A stretch of DNA of 64,000 nucleotides, from positions 1-64,000 of IMG/VR virus record IMGVR_UViG_3300022543_000001; one strand, given 5' to 3'. Positions 8,746 through 18,552 of the stretch are shown piece by piece; within the stretch, counting starts at the first letter, position 1, and every line of letters begins with the position of its first letter. The position numbers were made by a program, and so were the translations under genes. The DNA comes from a virus. Its lineage: Duplodnaviria; Caudoviricetes. The notes beneath the pieces are model-generated. The model was not told where the DNA came from and made no database searches. It worked only from the letters and a program-made list of their open reading frames with translations.

Positions 8746-9464
8746 GTATTGTACTTCCAACTAAAAAAGTTAAAGCAGAAAGAACTAATCCTAAGAGACT
8801 GATTATTTATTCTAAACCAAAGACTGGTAAGACCAGTGCATTTGCAGGCTTAGAAGATAATCTTATCATAGATTTAGAAAATGGTGCTGATTATGTAGAA
8901 GCTCTGAAGATTAAAGTTAATTCTCTTCAAGAGTTGTTAGAAGCAGGTAAAGCTATCAAAGAAGCTGGTAAACCATATAAGTATGTAACAGTAGATACTG
9001 TGACTGCATTAGAAGATATGGTTATGCCTCTTGCAATCAAATTATATAAACAAACCAGTATGGGTAAAAATTATGATGGAGACAATGTCTTGTCATTACC
9101 TAATGGTGCTGGTTATTTATATTTGAGACAAGCTTTCTTTCAAGTTTTAGATTTTATTGATACTTTAGCTCCCCACATTATTCTATCTGGTCACATCAAG
9201 GACAAACAGGTAGATGATAAAGGAGAAATGGTATTGGCTGCCAATATTGATTTGACAGGTAAAATCAAATCTTTGATCTGTGCAAATGCAGATGCAATTG
9301 GTTATATGTTTAGAAAAGGTAACAAAACCATTCTATCATTTAAAACTAGTGAAGAAGTGACTTGTGGTGCAAGACCAGAGCACTTAAGAAATGAAGAGAT
9401 AGTAGTTTCTGAGATGAATGAAAAAGGTGAACTAGAGTTTCACTGGGATAAAATTTATGTGTAA
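8742..9464 (+). CDS. Sak4-like / AAA_24 P-loop ATPase (ssDNA annealing)
   Basis: YSKPKTGKT, IIDLENG, VDTVTALED, ANADAIGY. Confidence 0.8.
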   Translation: MSIVLPTKKVKAERTNPKRLIIYSKPKTGKTSAFAGLEDNLIIDLENGADYVEALKIKVNSLQELLEAGKAIKEAGKPYKYVTVDTVTALEDMVMPLAIKLYKQTSMGKNYDGDNVLSLPNGAGYLYLRQAFFQVLDFIDTLAPHIILSGHIKDKQVDDKGEMVLAANIDLTGKIKSLICANADAIGYMFRKGNKTILSFKTSEEVTCGARPEHLRNEEIVVSEMNEKGELEFHWDKIYV

Positions 9465-9484
9465 TAATTAAAAAGTAAAATAAA

Positions 9485-10165
9485 ATGGCGTTAAGTACAG
9501 ATGATTTAGGTAACGGTGGATCTGGTTTACCAAAAACAATTAATCCGGGAAACAAAGTGTTAAAAATCAACAATGTTGAGTTAGAACAGTTTAAATTTAT
9601 TGACAATGCATATCATTTGATATTGCATGTAGAAACTGAACCTATTGAAGGTTTTGAAGGATTTGCTTTAGATAAAGACAATCCTGAAAGAGGTCACTTC
9701 AAAGGTCAAATTGGTAGAGTTAAAGCAAGCCAGTATGCATTTGCAGATGGTGAGACTAAAACTGGTATCAAAATACAAAGAGATAGATCAATTTTAATGT
9801 TCTTACAGAATCTTTGTAAAACAATGGGAATCAATGATTGGATGTCAGCACAACATAACAAGCATGATACTATTGAAGCTTTTGTTGAAGAATTTAATAA
9901 AACTGCACCGATTAAAGATAGATATCTTGAATTCTGTATTGCAGGTAAAGAGTATGTTGGTAGAACTGGTTATACCAATTACGATATGTGGTTACCAAAA
10001 GCAGAAAATGGAAAGTATGCATTTGGTGAAGTTGAAGAAGGTAAAGTTATTAAGTATGATGAATCTAAGCATTTGAAAAAACTTGAAGTAAACAATGTTG
10101 AAAGTTTTGGAGATGATGATTTAAACATGCCAAGCAAACCTTCTACTGATTTCTCTCTAGACTAA
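9485..10165 (+). CDS. Putative single-stranded DNA-binding protein
   Basis: Follows the Sak4-like gene; beta-rich core and acidic tail (FGDDDLNMPSKPSTDFSLD). Confidence 0.55.
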   Translation: MALSTDDLGNGGSGLPKTINPGNKVLKINNVELEQFKFIDNAYHLILHVETEPIEGFEGFALDKDNPERGHFKGQIGRVKASQYAFADGETKTGIKIQRDRSILMFLQNLCKTMGINDWMSAQHNKHDTIEAFVEEFNKTAPIKDRYLEFCIAGKEYVGRTGYTNYDMWLPKAENGKYAFGEVEEGKVIKYDESKHLKKLEVNNVESFGDDDLNMPSKPSTDFSLD

Positions 10166-10170
10166 TATAG

Positions 10171-10202
10171 TTAGGGGGAGTCAGTGATTCCCCCTAATTT
10201 TT
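10171..10202 (+). terminator. Rho-independent terminator
   Basis: TTAGGGGGA...TCCCCCTAA stem followed by TTTTT. Confidence 0.8.
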
Positions 10203-10214
10203 AAATTTTGGTAT

Positions 10215-11192
10215 ATGATTTCTACACAAACAATAATTTCTGATTTAAATGAAGTACCTAGAGAATGGGTATTTGAGTATTATTTAAACCTCACTGAAAG
10301 ACTTTGTGGTCAAAGTTTAAAAATAAAATCTGCATTCAACCCTACTGATAAAGTTCCTTCTATGTGTATATACACAGATAACAAAGGATTTTATAAGTTC
10401 AAAGATTTCTCATCTGGATTTGGTGGTGATGGTTTAAATCTAGTTATGCATTTGTTTAATCTAGATGGAAGAGGTAAAGCTTCTTTTAAAATCATGGCTG
10501 ATTATGATGCATACATTTCTAATAACACATACGTTCCACTAGATTATGTTCCACAAAGTAAATACACTGTCTCAGATTATGAAATCAGACACTGGAATAC
10601 TTTAGATCAATCATATTGGAAAGGTTTTAAATTAAGTTCTAGTATATTAGAGCATTATAATGTGCATCCTTTAGAGTTTTATAACATGGTAAAGGAAGAT
10701 GATGGTCAAATTCTTGATACTGTTAATATAAAAGGTAATTTTATTTATGGCTTCTTTAGGGAAGACGGTAGTTTGTATAAAATATACACACCGAAAGTAA
10801 AAGATAACAAGTTTATTAAAGTAAAAGATTACATCCAGGGTTCTGATCAACTTGAGTTCAAATCTAAATATTTAATTATTACTTCTTCTTTAAAAGACTT
10901 AATGTGTTTTAAGAAGTTAGGAATAAATGGTATTGAAAGTATTGCTCCAGACAGTGAGAACAGTGTTATTCCGGAAAACTTCATGCAACCTCTCCTAAGT
11001 AAGTATCAAAAGATAATTGTACTGTTTGATAATGATGATCCTGGTCTTAAATCTGCTCAGAGATACAAAGAAAAGTATGGTTTTAATTTTGTAGTACTTA
11101 AAATGTCTAAAGATCTTTCTGATTCTGTAAGAGATCATGGTGTTGAAGCTGTGAGAGATGTATTGTTTCCATTATTAAAACAAGCATTATGA
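10215..11192 (+). CDS. dnaG: DnaG-like TOPRIM primase
   Basis: FKDFSSGFGGDG N-terminal domain; LIITSSLKDLM and VLFDNDDPG TOPRIM motifs; KDLSD. Confidence 0.8.
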   Translation: MISTQTIISDLNEVPREWVFEYYLNLTERLCGQSLKIKSAFNPTDKVPSMCIYTDNKGFYKFKDFSSGFGGDGLNLVMHLFNLDGRGKASFKIMADYDAYISNNTYVPLDYVPQSKYTVSDYEIRHWNTLDQSYWKGFKLSSSILEHYNVHPLEFYNMVKEDDGQILDTVNIKGNFIYGFFREDGSLYKIYTPKVKDNKFIKVKDYIQGSDQLEFKSKYLIITSSLKDLMCFKKLGINGIESIAPDSENSVIPENFMQPLLSKYQKIIVLFDNDDPGLKSAQRYKEKYGFNFVVLKMSKDLSDSVRDHGVEAVRDVLFPLLKQAL

Positions 11193-11455
11193 GTTTAGAA
11201 AAAACAATGGATGAACTTGAAAGACATATTGATTATGCTGCAAGTTATTTTGCTGATGTAAAATTAGAATTTGAGAATCTAGAAGGTGAATACATTGATG
11301 AGATTGCTGAGTTAAAAGATGAAGTAGAAAAACTTGAAGAACAGAATTACTTACTTGAAGAGCAAGTAGATGACTTATCTAAGAAACTGGCTATATTTGA
11401 GTTAGAGAATATGGAATTAAGGTTAAGAATAGATGTTTATGCCTTGGATATATAA
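11189..11455 (+). CDS. Acidic coiled-coil protein
   Basis: Heptad pattern IAELKDEVEKLEEQNYLLEEQVDDLSKKL. Confidence 0.6.
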   Translation: MSLEKTMDELERHIDYAASYFADVKLEFENLEGEYIDEIAELKDEVEKLEEQNYLLEEQVDDLSKKLAIFELENMELRLRIDVYALDI

Positions 11456-11864
11456 AGGAAAAGAGTTTGATGAATTGTGTATCCCAGAAGGTGCTATTGG
11501 ATTTATCTACAATATGACTGCTATCATAGATGGCAAGTCTGTTGCATACATTGGCAAGAAGAACTTCTTTGCTAATATAAAAAGACCTATGGGTAAGAAA
11601 GCTTTGGCTATGTCTACAGACAAAAGACTAAAGAAATATACCCGGGAGCTTAAACCTGACTTTATGAGATACTATAGTAGTAACAAGACTCTTAAAGAAG
11701 CTCACAAAGCAGGTGTTGTAATTAAAAGGGAAATTCTAATGATTTGCTACTCAGCAATGGAATTGACTTATCAAGAAGTAAAGCACCAGTTTAAGTATGA
11801 GGTGCTTGAAAAAGAAGAATATCTGAATGCCAACATTCTTGGCAGGTTTTACAAAACAAAATAG
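11439..11864 (+). CDS. GIY-YIG-family nuclease
   Basis: GFIYNMT...YIGKK...YYSS...REIL...E..Q...N.NI. Confidence 0.7.
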   Translation: MPWIYKGKEFDELCIPEGAIGFIYNMTAIIDGKSVAYIGKKNFFANIKRPMGKKALAMSTDKRLKKYTRELKPDFMRYYSSNKTLKEAHKAGVVIKREILMICYSAMELTYQEVKHQFKYEVLEKEEYLNANILGRFYKTK

Positions 11865-11866
11865 TT

Positions 11867-12289
11867 ATGACAGAAAATGATATGACAGGCCTTCTTTTAC
11901 AGTTGGCTGACCGTGGTGTGACCGGAATTAGAGTACACTATGCAGGTGGTGGAGACAGTGGTTGTATTGAAGATATTAATTATACTACTCAAACTTTAGA
12001 TAAAGATGAAGAAAAAGCATTTGATTATATTTCACAATTATCTACATATGGTACTGATGCTGCACCAAATTTAAAAGATCTTGATAGCGGAATCTATTCT
12101 GATATTGAAGACTTTGCCCAAGACAGAATTCTTAATGATATTGAGGATTGGTGGAATAATGATGGAGGCTATGGTGTACTGTGTATTATGGTTCCTTCTG
12201 GTAAGTATAAAATTGAAAACACAATTTATATTACTAATACAGAAGAGTATTATCATGAAGGTAGTTTAATTGATCAAAGCTTGAACTAA
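11867..12289 (+). CDS. Conserved hypothetical protein (DUF6878-like)
   Basis: IRVHYAGGGDSGCIEDI...WWNNDGGYG. Confidence 0.6.
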   Translation: MTENDMTGLLLQLADRGVTGIRVHYAGGGDSGCIEDINYTTQTLDKDEEKAFDYISQLSTYGTDAAPNLKDLDSGIYSDIEDFAQDRILNDIEDWWNNDGGYGVLCIMVPSGKYKIENTIYITNTEEYYHEGSLIDQSLN

Positions 12290-12630
12290 TGTCACATCCA
12301 TATGAACATGCTAAATCCAGTGCCCGTAAATGGGGTGGAGAACCATTAGAATACATACATATTCATGAATGGTTTGATGCTACTAAGGCTTGGATTGGTC
12401 ACAGTAAACATAGAATGTTCCGTCACCATAGTGAGGGTATATTTGAATGTGAAAAAGCATTTGGTATTTATTTTGTAAATTCTGTAGGCAAAAGAGTCTA
12501 CATAAGATATGTTGGAGAACAACATGTAAAAGAAGATTGCAATGGGTATATTCCTAGTGCAAAAGAATGGGTTGATAATATTAATAAACCCACAGAATGG
12601 ATGATTAAGACACTTAAAATTGAAGACTAG
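12289..12630 (+). CDS. Conserved His-rich protein (DUF6915-like)
   Basis: HPYEHAKSSARKWGG...IHEWFDATK...HRMFRHHSEGIF...EQHVKED. Confidence 0.7.
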   Translation: MSHPYEHAKSSARKWGGEPLEYIHIHEWFDATKAWIGHSKHRMFRHHSEGIFECEKAFGIYFVNSVGKRVYIRYVGEQHVKEDCNGYIPSAKEWVDNINKPTEWMIKTLKIED

Positions 12631-12631
12631 T

Positions 12632-13057
12632 ATGATTTTTAACAAAGAAGAAACAAAGAATCTGTTGAACATGTTACGTTCTACAGATAATGAAAATGCT
12701 GTGGTGGCATTTGAAGCTCTTAAAGGAGTTGACACAGAAAAATATTTAGGTGAACTTATTGTACTGTACAAGTATGGTAAGAGATCTATAACAGAATGGG
12801 GATCAGCATGTTCTAGTTGTGAAATAGCAATTAGAAATGCTGTGAGTAAATTCACTAAAGAAGATGGTGTTGAGTTAAGCACCGGTTCTTGTCTATCAGC
12901 AATGACAGAAGGTAAAGCTAGTTATCAATCTATTGAACTTTTCATGGAATTGTTTACAGAGAATATGATTGGTTTCCTAGGTCAGATGGGATACCCAGCT
13001 GAAAAATTTGAAATTAATATAAAACTTAAAGATGATGGACAAGTCACAAAGTCTTAG
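12632..13057 (+). CDS. Helical-repeat hypothetical protein
   Basis: Starts with KNLLNMLRSTDNENAVVAFEAL; ATG 12632 lies just after the upstream TAG. Confidence 0.7.
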   Translation: MIFNKEETKNLLNMLRSTDNENAVVAFEALKGVDTEKYLGELIVLYKYGKRSITEWGSACSSCEIAIRNAVSKFTKEDGVELSTGSCLSAMTEGKASYQSIELFMELFTENMIGFLGQMGYPAEKFEINIKLKDDGQVTKS

Positions 13058-14345
13058 TAAAACAGCTAAAGACTTAATGTTGAAAGAGCCCTATTATGGG
13101 TTCTTTCTTATTATGTTGAATAAATTGTGGAACAAAAGAGTACCTACTGCAGGTGTTAGTAAGAACGGTATCAATTATCAGTTAGTGATAAATGAAGAGT
13201 TCTGGGGGAGTTTATCTGAATTAGAGAGGTTAGGTTTGCTCAAGCATGAATTATTACATATTGCATTTGGACATCTTACAGCTGTATTTAAGTTTAGTGA
13301 CAGAAAGTTGGCAAATGTAGCAATGGATATGGAAATCAATCAGTATATTGATGCTTCCTGGCTTCCAGGTGGAGAGTTATCTTCAGACCAATTTAAACAA
13401 CTTAAAGAATCTGTTAAAGCTGAATTAGAAACAGCTAAAGAGAATGGTGCATCTGTTGAAGATCTTCTTGCTATCAGTAAGAAACTTCCTTCAAGAGGTA
13501 TCATGATTGATGATTATGCTGAACTAAATTTAGATAGAAAAGCAGGTGCTAGATACTATTATGACAAACTTAAAGAAGCAAAAGATAAGAAAGACCAGAC
13601 TGGTACCAGTGGTTCTCCAAGCTTTGATGATCTTTGTGATCAAATGGATTCTGGTGACAATGATGGTTTGCCTGACCATGCTACTTGGGATGACTTTGAA
13701 GATCTTAGTGAAGCTGAACAAAAGTTAATTGATAAACAATTACAAAAAGTTCTATCTGATGCCAAGGAACAGACTGTTAAGAAAAGAGGAACTGTACCTG
13801 GTGAAATTGAAGGAGTCATTGTAATAGAGGAAATAGTACCACCTAAGTTTGATTGGCGTGGATACATTAGAAGATTCACAGGAATCAGTACTAAAGTCTT
13901 TACTAAAAAGATTAGACGTAAAGAAAACCGAAGATTTGAAGCTAATCCAGGATTAAAAGTAAAAATGAGACAACACATGTTGTTGGCTATTGATACTTCA
14001 GGTTCTGTAAGTGATTCTGAATTAAAGGAGTTTATGTTAGAAATGCATCATATCTATAAATGTGGTGTAGATATTACTATAATTCAGTGTGATACCAGAA
14101 TTAGGTCAGTTGAACCTTACAAAGGTAAACACGAATTAAATGTACAAGGAAGAGGAGGAACAGAATTTGATCCTGTCTTAGAGTATTTTAATGAGAATTT
14201 AGGTAAATATACTAGTCTAGTATATTTTACTGATGGAGAATGTTATGCAGATGTAAAACCTAGAGGTAATGTACTATGGGTTTTGTCAGAAAGATCACAA
14301 ATGAATGATAGCCTTCCAGGAAAGGTGATTAAGTTAGAATTATAA
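13032..14345 (+). CDS. Metallopeptidase-vWA protein (DUF2201-type)
   Basis: LLKHELLHI (HExxH), NVAMDMEINQ; MIDAS AIDTSGSV, GGTEF, FTDG. Confidence 0.88.
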   Translation: MMDKSQSLSKTAKDLMLKEPYYGFFLIMLNKLWNKRVPTAGVSKNGINYQLVINEEFWGSLSELERLGLLKHELLHIAFGHLTAVFKFSDRKLANVAMDMEINQYIDASWLPGGELSSDQFKQLKESVKAELETAKENGASVEDLLAISKKLPSRGIMIDDYAELNLDRKAGARYYYDKLKEAKDKKDQTGTSGSPSFDDLCDQMDSGDNDGLPDHATWDDFEDLSEAEQKLIDKQLQKVLSDAKEQTVKKRGTVPGEIEGVIVIEEIVPPKFDWRGYIRRFTGISTKVFTKKIRRKENRRFEANPGLKVKMRQHMLLAIDTSGSVSDSELKEFMLEMHHIYKCGVDITIIQCDTRIRSVEPYKGKHELNVQGRGGTEFDPVLEYFNENLGKYTSLVYFTDGECYADVKPRGNVLWVLSERSQMNDSLPGKVIKLEL

Positions 14346-14356
14346 AAATTAAAGTT

Positions 14357-15526
14357 ATGAGTCAAGTTCAATTAAATGTAGAAGAATTAAAAAGTTTTAT
14401 TAAACACATGGTTAATAATAACCAACACATTCAGTCTGAAGGAAAAGTTCCTGTGGCTATTAATATTGAAGGTGATGCCGGTCTAGGTAAAACTTCTGCT
14501 ATTATGCAGTTGGGTAAAGAGATGGGTATGGAAGTTGTAAAACTTAATTTATCTCAGTTAGAAGAATTAGGTGATTTAGTAGGTTTTCCTGTGAAAGAAT
14601 TTCAAATTCAAAATGCTGAAGGTAAGACTACATGGATTAATGAATCTCAGATATCTGCAGCAAGTGCAAAAGGTTATAAAGTTGTAGATAAGAGAATGTC
14701 ACATGCTGCTCCTGAATGGATTCAGGGTAAAGGAGAAGGTGGATTCTTGATTTTAGATGATTATACTCGTGCTGATCAAAGATTTATGCAAGCTACCATG
14801 GAAATCTTAGATAGACAAGAATATGTTTCTTGGAAGTTACCTAAGAACTGGCATGTTATCTTAACAACCAATCCAGACAATGGTGATTATAATGTCACAA
14901 GTCTAGATGTAGCTCAGAAGACTAGATTTATCTCTGTTGAGTTAAAGTATGATTCTGAAGTATGGGCTAAGTGGGCAGAGAGTGCAAACATTGATGGTAG
15001 ATGTATTAACTTCATGTTGATGCACCCGGAATTGGTAACTCAAAGAATTAATCCAAGAGCTATCACTACGTTCTTTAATGCTATTAGTTCTATTCCTAAG
15101 TTTGAAAGTGACTTACCTCTAATTCAGATGATTGGTGAGGGTTCAGTAGGAGTAGACTTTAGTTCTATGTTCACTATGTTTATTAATAACAAACTAGATA
15201 GAATTATTAGTCCTGCAGATATCTTAACTAAAGATGAGACATATGTGTTAGGTTCTTTGACTTCTGCAGTAGGGGAAGATAATGATTTCCGTGCAGATAT
15301 CTCTAGTGTGATTGCAACCAGAATTATTAATTATTCTCTTGCTTTAGCTGATAAGACATCTATTAGTAAACCAATTATTGATAGAATTGCTAAGTTGACT
15401 ACAGACTGTAAAGCATTCACAGATGATTTGAGATATTACATGGTGAAGGAGATAGTTAATGGTAATAAAATTAAATTCTCACAATTGATGATGAATCAAA
15501 ACGTGGTGAAGATGGCTGTAAAGTAA
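14357..15526 (+). CDS. MoxR-type AAA+ ATPase
   Basis: GDAGLGKT, ILDDYTRA, TTNP, QKTRF, INPRA. Confidence 0.88.
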   Translation: MSQVQLNVEELKSFIKHMVNNNQHIQSEGKVPVAINIEGDAGLGKTSAIMQLGKEMGMEVVKLNLSQLEELGDLVGFPVKEFQIQNAEGKTTWINESQISAASAKGYKVVDKRMSHAAPEWIQGKGEGGFLILDDYTRADQRFMQATMEILDRQEYVSWKLPKNWHVILTTNPDNGDYNVTSLDVAQKTRFISVELKYDSEVWAKWAESANIDGRCINFMLMHPELVTQRINPRAITTFFNAISSIPKFESDLPLIQMIGEGSVGVDFSSMFTMFINNKLDRIISPADILTKDETYVLGSLTSAVGEDNDFRADISSVIATRIINYSLALADKTSISKPIIDRIAKLTTDCKAFTDDLRYYMVKEIVNGNKIKFSQLMMNQNVVKMAVK

Positions 15527-15583
15527 ATCTAACGTAGAAGGTTTCCACTTTAAAAACCCATTATTTTAATTAAATACAAACAT

Positions 15584-15609
15584 AGGGAGAGGTAATACTC
15601 TCCCTTTTT
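15584..15609 (+). terminator. Rho-independent terminator
   Basis: AGGGAGAG-GTAATA-CTCTCCCT-TTTT. Confidence 0.8.
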
Positions 15610-15621
15610 AATATTTTGAAC

Positions 15622-16983
15622 ATGAATATTATAAAAATAACATCAGATATTCCAAGACACAGTGAAAACTATGATCGTCTTCCAGATGTAACATTTGACA
15701 TTAATATCCTAACAGGAGGTTTTGATACGGAAGTTATTGATTCATTTAACTTGATTAAAACACCGTATACCCCTAATAAAGGAGATAAAATCTATTTTTT
15801 ACCCGGTGTAAATGTACCTAGAGTAAAATTCAAAAATGTATGTGTAGAACATGGCATTAAAACTATACGAGATGTAGAACAAGCAACTGTCATATTTGCT
15901 TCTAAGAAAAGTATAAGTGATCTTACTACATCTCATTGGGCATACAAATGTAATACTCAGGAGTTCAAAGATTTTATTAAACATTACGAGTCTGATATAG
16001 ATAATCACGATCTTGATAAAATAGAAACTGCATTGGAGTTTTATAATCAAGAGTTTATTGCAGTAGATTATAATCTATTTGATTGGATTGTAAACACAAT
16101 CCCTGCAACAAATTCTAGTAGATACAGTGAAAGATTATCTATGATTAAAGATGAGTATGTTGATTTATTTAATTCAATTCAAGGTAAAGAAATTCTTGAT
16201 GAATCAAGTGTAATCAATGTATTGAATGGTGAAGATGCTGCTGAGATTGATAAAAGTATGTTTGAACATCTTTCAGACATGTTTGAGAGTTCAGATACAG
16301 ATAACCATGTTCTGGCTATGGAAATCATGGCCAACTCTAAGTATGTAGAAAGTTTGATTTATTTAGAACTTTTATTCTATAAATACTCTCATAAGATATA
16401 TGATAGACATACTAAGAATCATGTTAATTTTAAATCTTTAATTAGTTATTTAGGTAAAGATAAAAGTTATCTTAACACTGATATTGATGGTATTGCTCAT
16501 AGTTTAGTTAATAAAGATCAGTTTACTACAGATAAATTAGAAATTATCATGGAGTATTTAAGTAGTGATATCCAAGCTAGAGGTGACAGCCAATATTTTA
16601 CTGTAAAAACTATAACTGTGCATCCTGATCATATTGCAAAACTAAATTCTAATTATACTTATGAGGTGCAAAAAGATTATGTTCCTACAGTAGAGGAGAT
16701 TGCTGAAGTAGAAGAGTTACCAGCTTATGAGGGGTCAGAGGGACCGATAGGACCACAAGGACATGCTGATCCAGTAGGAGAACTTGGAGCCCCAGGAGTA
16801 GATGGAATTGAATCTGTAGAGTCTGAATTTGCAGTTGAAGATAACTTTGATATCTCAACTGAAGAGGGAGAAGAAGATGACACAGATGTATTAGAGCCAG
16901 AACCTATTTCAGAAGTTTCCGAATCCCAATCAAATAACAATCAAATAGAAACAAATGACACTAATGACTTTGAATGGTTCTGA
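15622..16983 (+). CDS. Hypothetical protein with BRCT-like segment, shared helical motif and acidic tail
   Basis: KIYFLPGVNVPRVKFK...GIKTIRDVEQATVIF; LSDMFESSDTDNHVLAMEIM; Gly-X-Y stretch; D/E-rich C-terminus. Confidence 0.7.
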   Translation: MNIIKITSDIPRHSENYDRLPDVTFDINILTGGFDTEVIDSFNLIKTPYTPNKGDKIYFLPGVNVPRVKFKNVCVEHGIKTIRDVEQATVIFASKKSISDLTTSHWAYKCNTQEFKDFIKHYESDIDNHDLDKIETALEFYNQEFIAVDYNLFDWIVNTIPATNSSRYSERLSMIKDEYVDLFNSIQGKEILDESSVINVLNGEDAAEIDKSMFEHLSDMFESSDTDNHVLAMEIMANSKYVESLIYLELLFYKYSHKIYDRHTKNHVNFKSLISYLGKDKSYLNTDIDGIAHSLVNKDQFTTDKLEIIMEYLSSDIQARGDSQYFTVKTITVHPDHIAKLNSNYTYEVQKDYVPTVEEIAEVEELPAYEGSEGPIGPQGHADPVGELGAPGVDGIESVESEFAVEDNFDISTEEGEEDDTDVLEPEPISEVSESQSNNNQIETNDTNDFEWF

Positions 16984-17962
16984 TGAACTTGAGCTTTTCT
17001 ACAAAAAGAAGTTCTATTTTAGTTACAGTGGGATCAATAAGCTATTGTTCTCCCCTGTAATGTTCTACAATCATTATGTGCTCAACCAAAGAGAAGACAG
17101 TACAGACACGCACCTGGTAGCAGGTCGTGTCTTACACTGCCTCCTATTGGAGGAGGACAACTTTGATAAACAATTTTTAATATTACCTGGCAAATTACCA
17201 ACAGACAGCCAGAAGAAAATTATAGATAATATTTTCAAATATCATTTGACATTAGGAAATAATACCTTAAATTTGTCTGATTACTCTCAGGAAATACTTA
17301 CACAACTACTTACAGTTAACTTATATCAGAATCTCAAGACTGATCAACAAAGAATTGACAAGCTTTTAACTCAGGAGAACCTTGATTATTTTGAATTCCT
17401 CAAATCTAGTTTAGATAAAACAGTGGTTGATGAGCCTACATTGACAGCATGTAAAATGTCTGTAGATGTCCTTAGAGCTAATCAGGATGTAAGAGCACTG
17501 TTACAATTAGACAAAGATGAAGATGACAAAACTATTGAGGTTTACAATGAGTTATTTATTAAAGCCGAACCAAGTGAACAAACATTTGGCTTTCATGGAA
17601 TGCTTGACAATATTGTTATAGATCACAATACAAAAACTATCTTTATTAATGACTTAAAGACTCTTGGTAAGTCTATACAAGATTTTCCAGATTCTGTGGA
17701 GTATTATAGATATTGGATTCAAGCCATTATTTATATACAATTAGCAAAACATCATTTCACAGCATTTGCAGATTATGATTTTCAGATTACATTTATTGTA
17801 ATTGATAAATATAATCAGGTATATCCTTATCAAGTATCTTCAGAAACACTAATCAAATGGAAATCTGATTTTGATACTGTAATTACCAAAGTTGCTTGGC
17901 ATTATAATAACAAAAAATATGATCTTCCATATGAATTAGCATTAGGTAATGTAAAACTATAA
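16955..17962 (+). CDS. PD-(D/E)XK exonuclease (RecE/ExoVIII-like)
   Basis: FSYSGINKL, GRVLHCLLLE, GMLDNIVID..INDLKT, YWIQAIIY; start codon uncertain. Confidence 0.82.
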   Translation: MTLMTLNGSDELELFYKKKFYFSYSGINKLLFSPVMFYNHYVLNQREDSTDTHLVAGRVLHCLLLEEDNFDKQFLILPGKLPTDSQKKIIDNIFKYHLTLGNNTLNLSDYSQEILTQLLTVNLYQNLKTDQQRIDKLLTQENLDYFEFLKSSLDKTVVDEPTLTACKMSVDVLRANQDVRALLQLDKDEDDKTIEVYNELFIKAEPSEQTFGFHGMLDNIVIDHNTKTIFINDLKTLGKSIQDFPDSVEYYRYWIQAIIYIQLAKHHFTAFADYDFQITFIVIDKYNQVYPYQVSSETLIKWKSDFDTVITKVAWHYNNKKYDLPYELALGNVKL

Positions 17963-17967
17963 AGAGT

Positions 17968-18549
17968 ATGGCTTTAAATTCTGTTTATAAGAAGTATTTT
18001 CAAAAATCCAAGGTGTTTTTATATCCGCTCCTTGGAATAAAAAGAGGTGTAAGTGTTGTTCCAGTTGAAACTTATTTCAGTTGGGAGGGTTACTATAACT
18101 CTGAGGATATGAAATTGATATGTGTATATGATATAAGAACAGATGAAGAGTACGTTTTATTTGAGAAAAATACTTTGTTGAAACACAATAGACTTTGTGA
18201 TTATATAAAAGTAAACTCTCAAGCTATATTTACATTTGATTTTTCCGACATGGAAGATGATTGGTTCCATTTAATTAATGGAAGATATAGTAAAATACGT
18301 TTAGAATTAAAGCAAAAAATCCTTGGCTTTTTTGATAAATACAGTGGCAATTATGCATACATACATAGTTATTTGATACCTGAAAAGTATTTTAGTAACT
18401 ATGCTGAACTTTTAGATGTTGAGCCTGAGATGTTGATAAAAGTTGGAGAACTATGCAGCAAACCAGATACTGCTAAAGAAACTTTAGTAATTGAAATAGC
18501 AGATTTGGATAATATAAATGAAAAATTGTTAAATTTGTCAAAACCATAA
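17968..18549 (+). CDS. Hypothetical protein
   Basis: 193-aa ORF, co-directional and tightly packed. Confidence 0.7.
   Translation: MALNSVYKKYFQKSKVFLYPLLGIKRGVSVVPVETYFSWEGYYNSEDMKLICVYDIRTDEEYVLFEKNTLLKHNRLCDYIKVNSQAIFTFDFSDMEDDWFHLINGRYSKIRLELKQKILGFFDKYSGNYAYIHSYLIPEKYFSNYAELLDVEPEMLIKVGELCSKPDTAKETLVIEIADLDNINEKLLNLSKP
18505..18537 (+). promoter_or_regulatory. Bacteroidota-type promoter (TTG ... TAAATTTG)
   Basis: TAAATTTG at 18530-18537, 15 nt before ATG 18553; TTG at 18505-18507 (22-nt spacer). Confidence 0.45.
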
Positions 18550-18552
18550 GAA

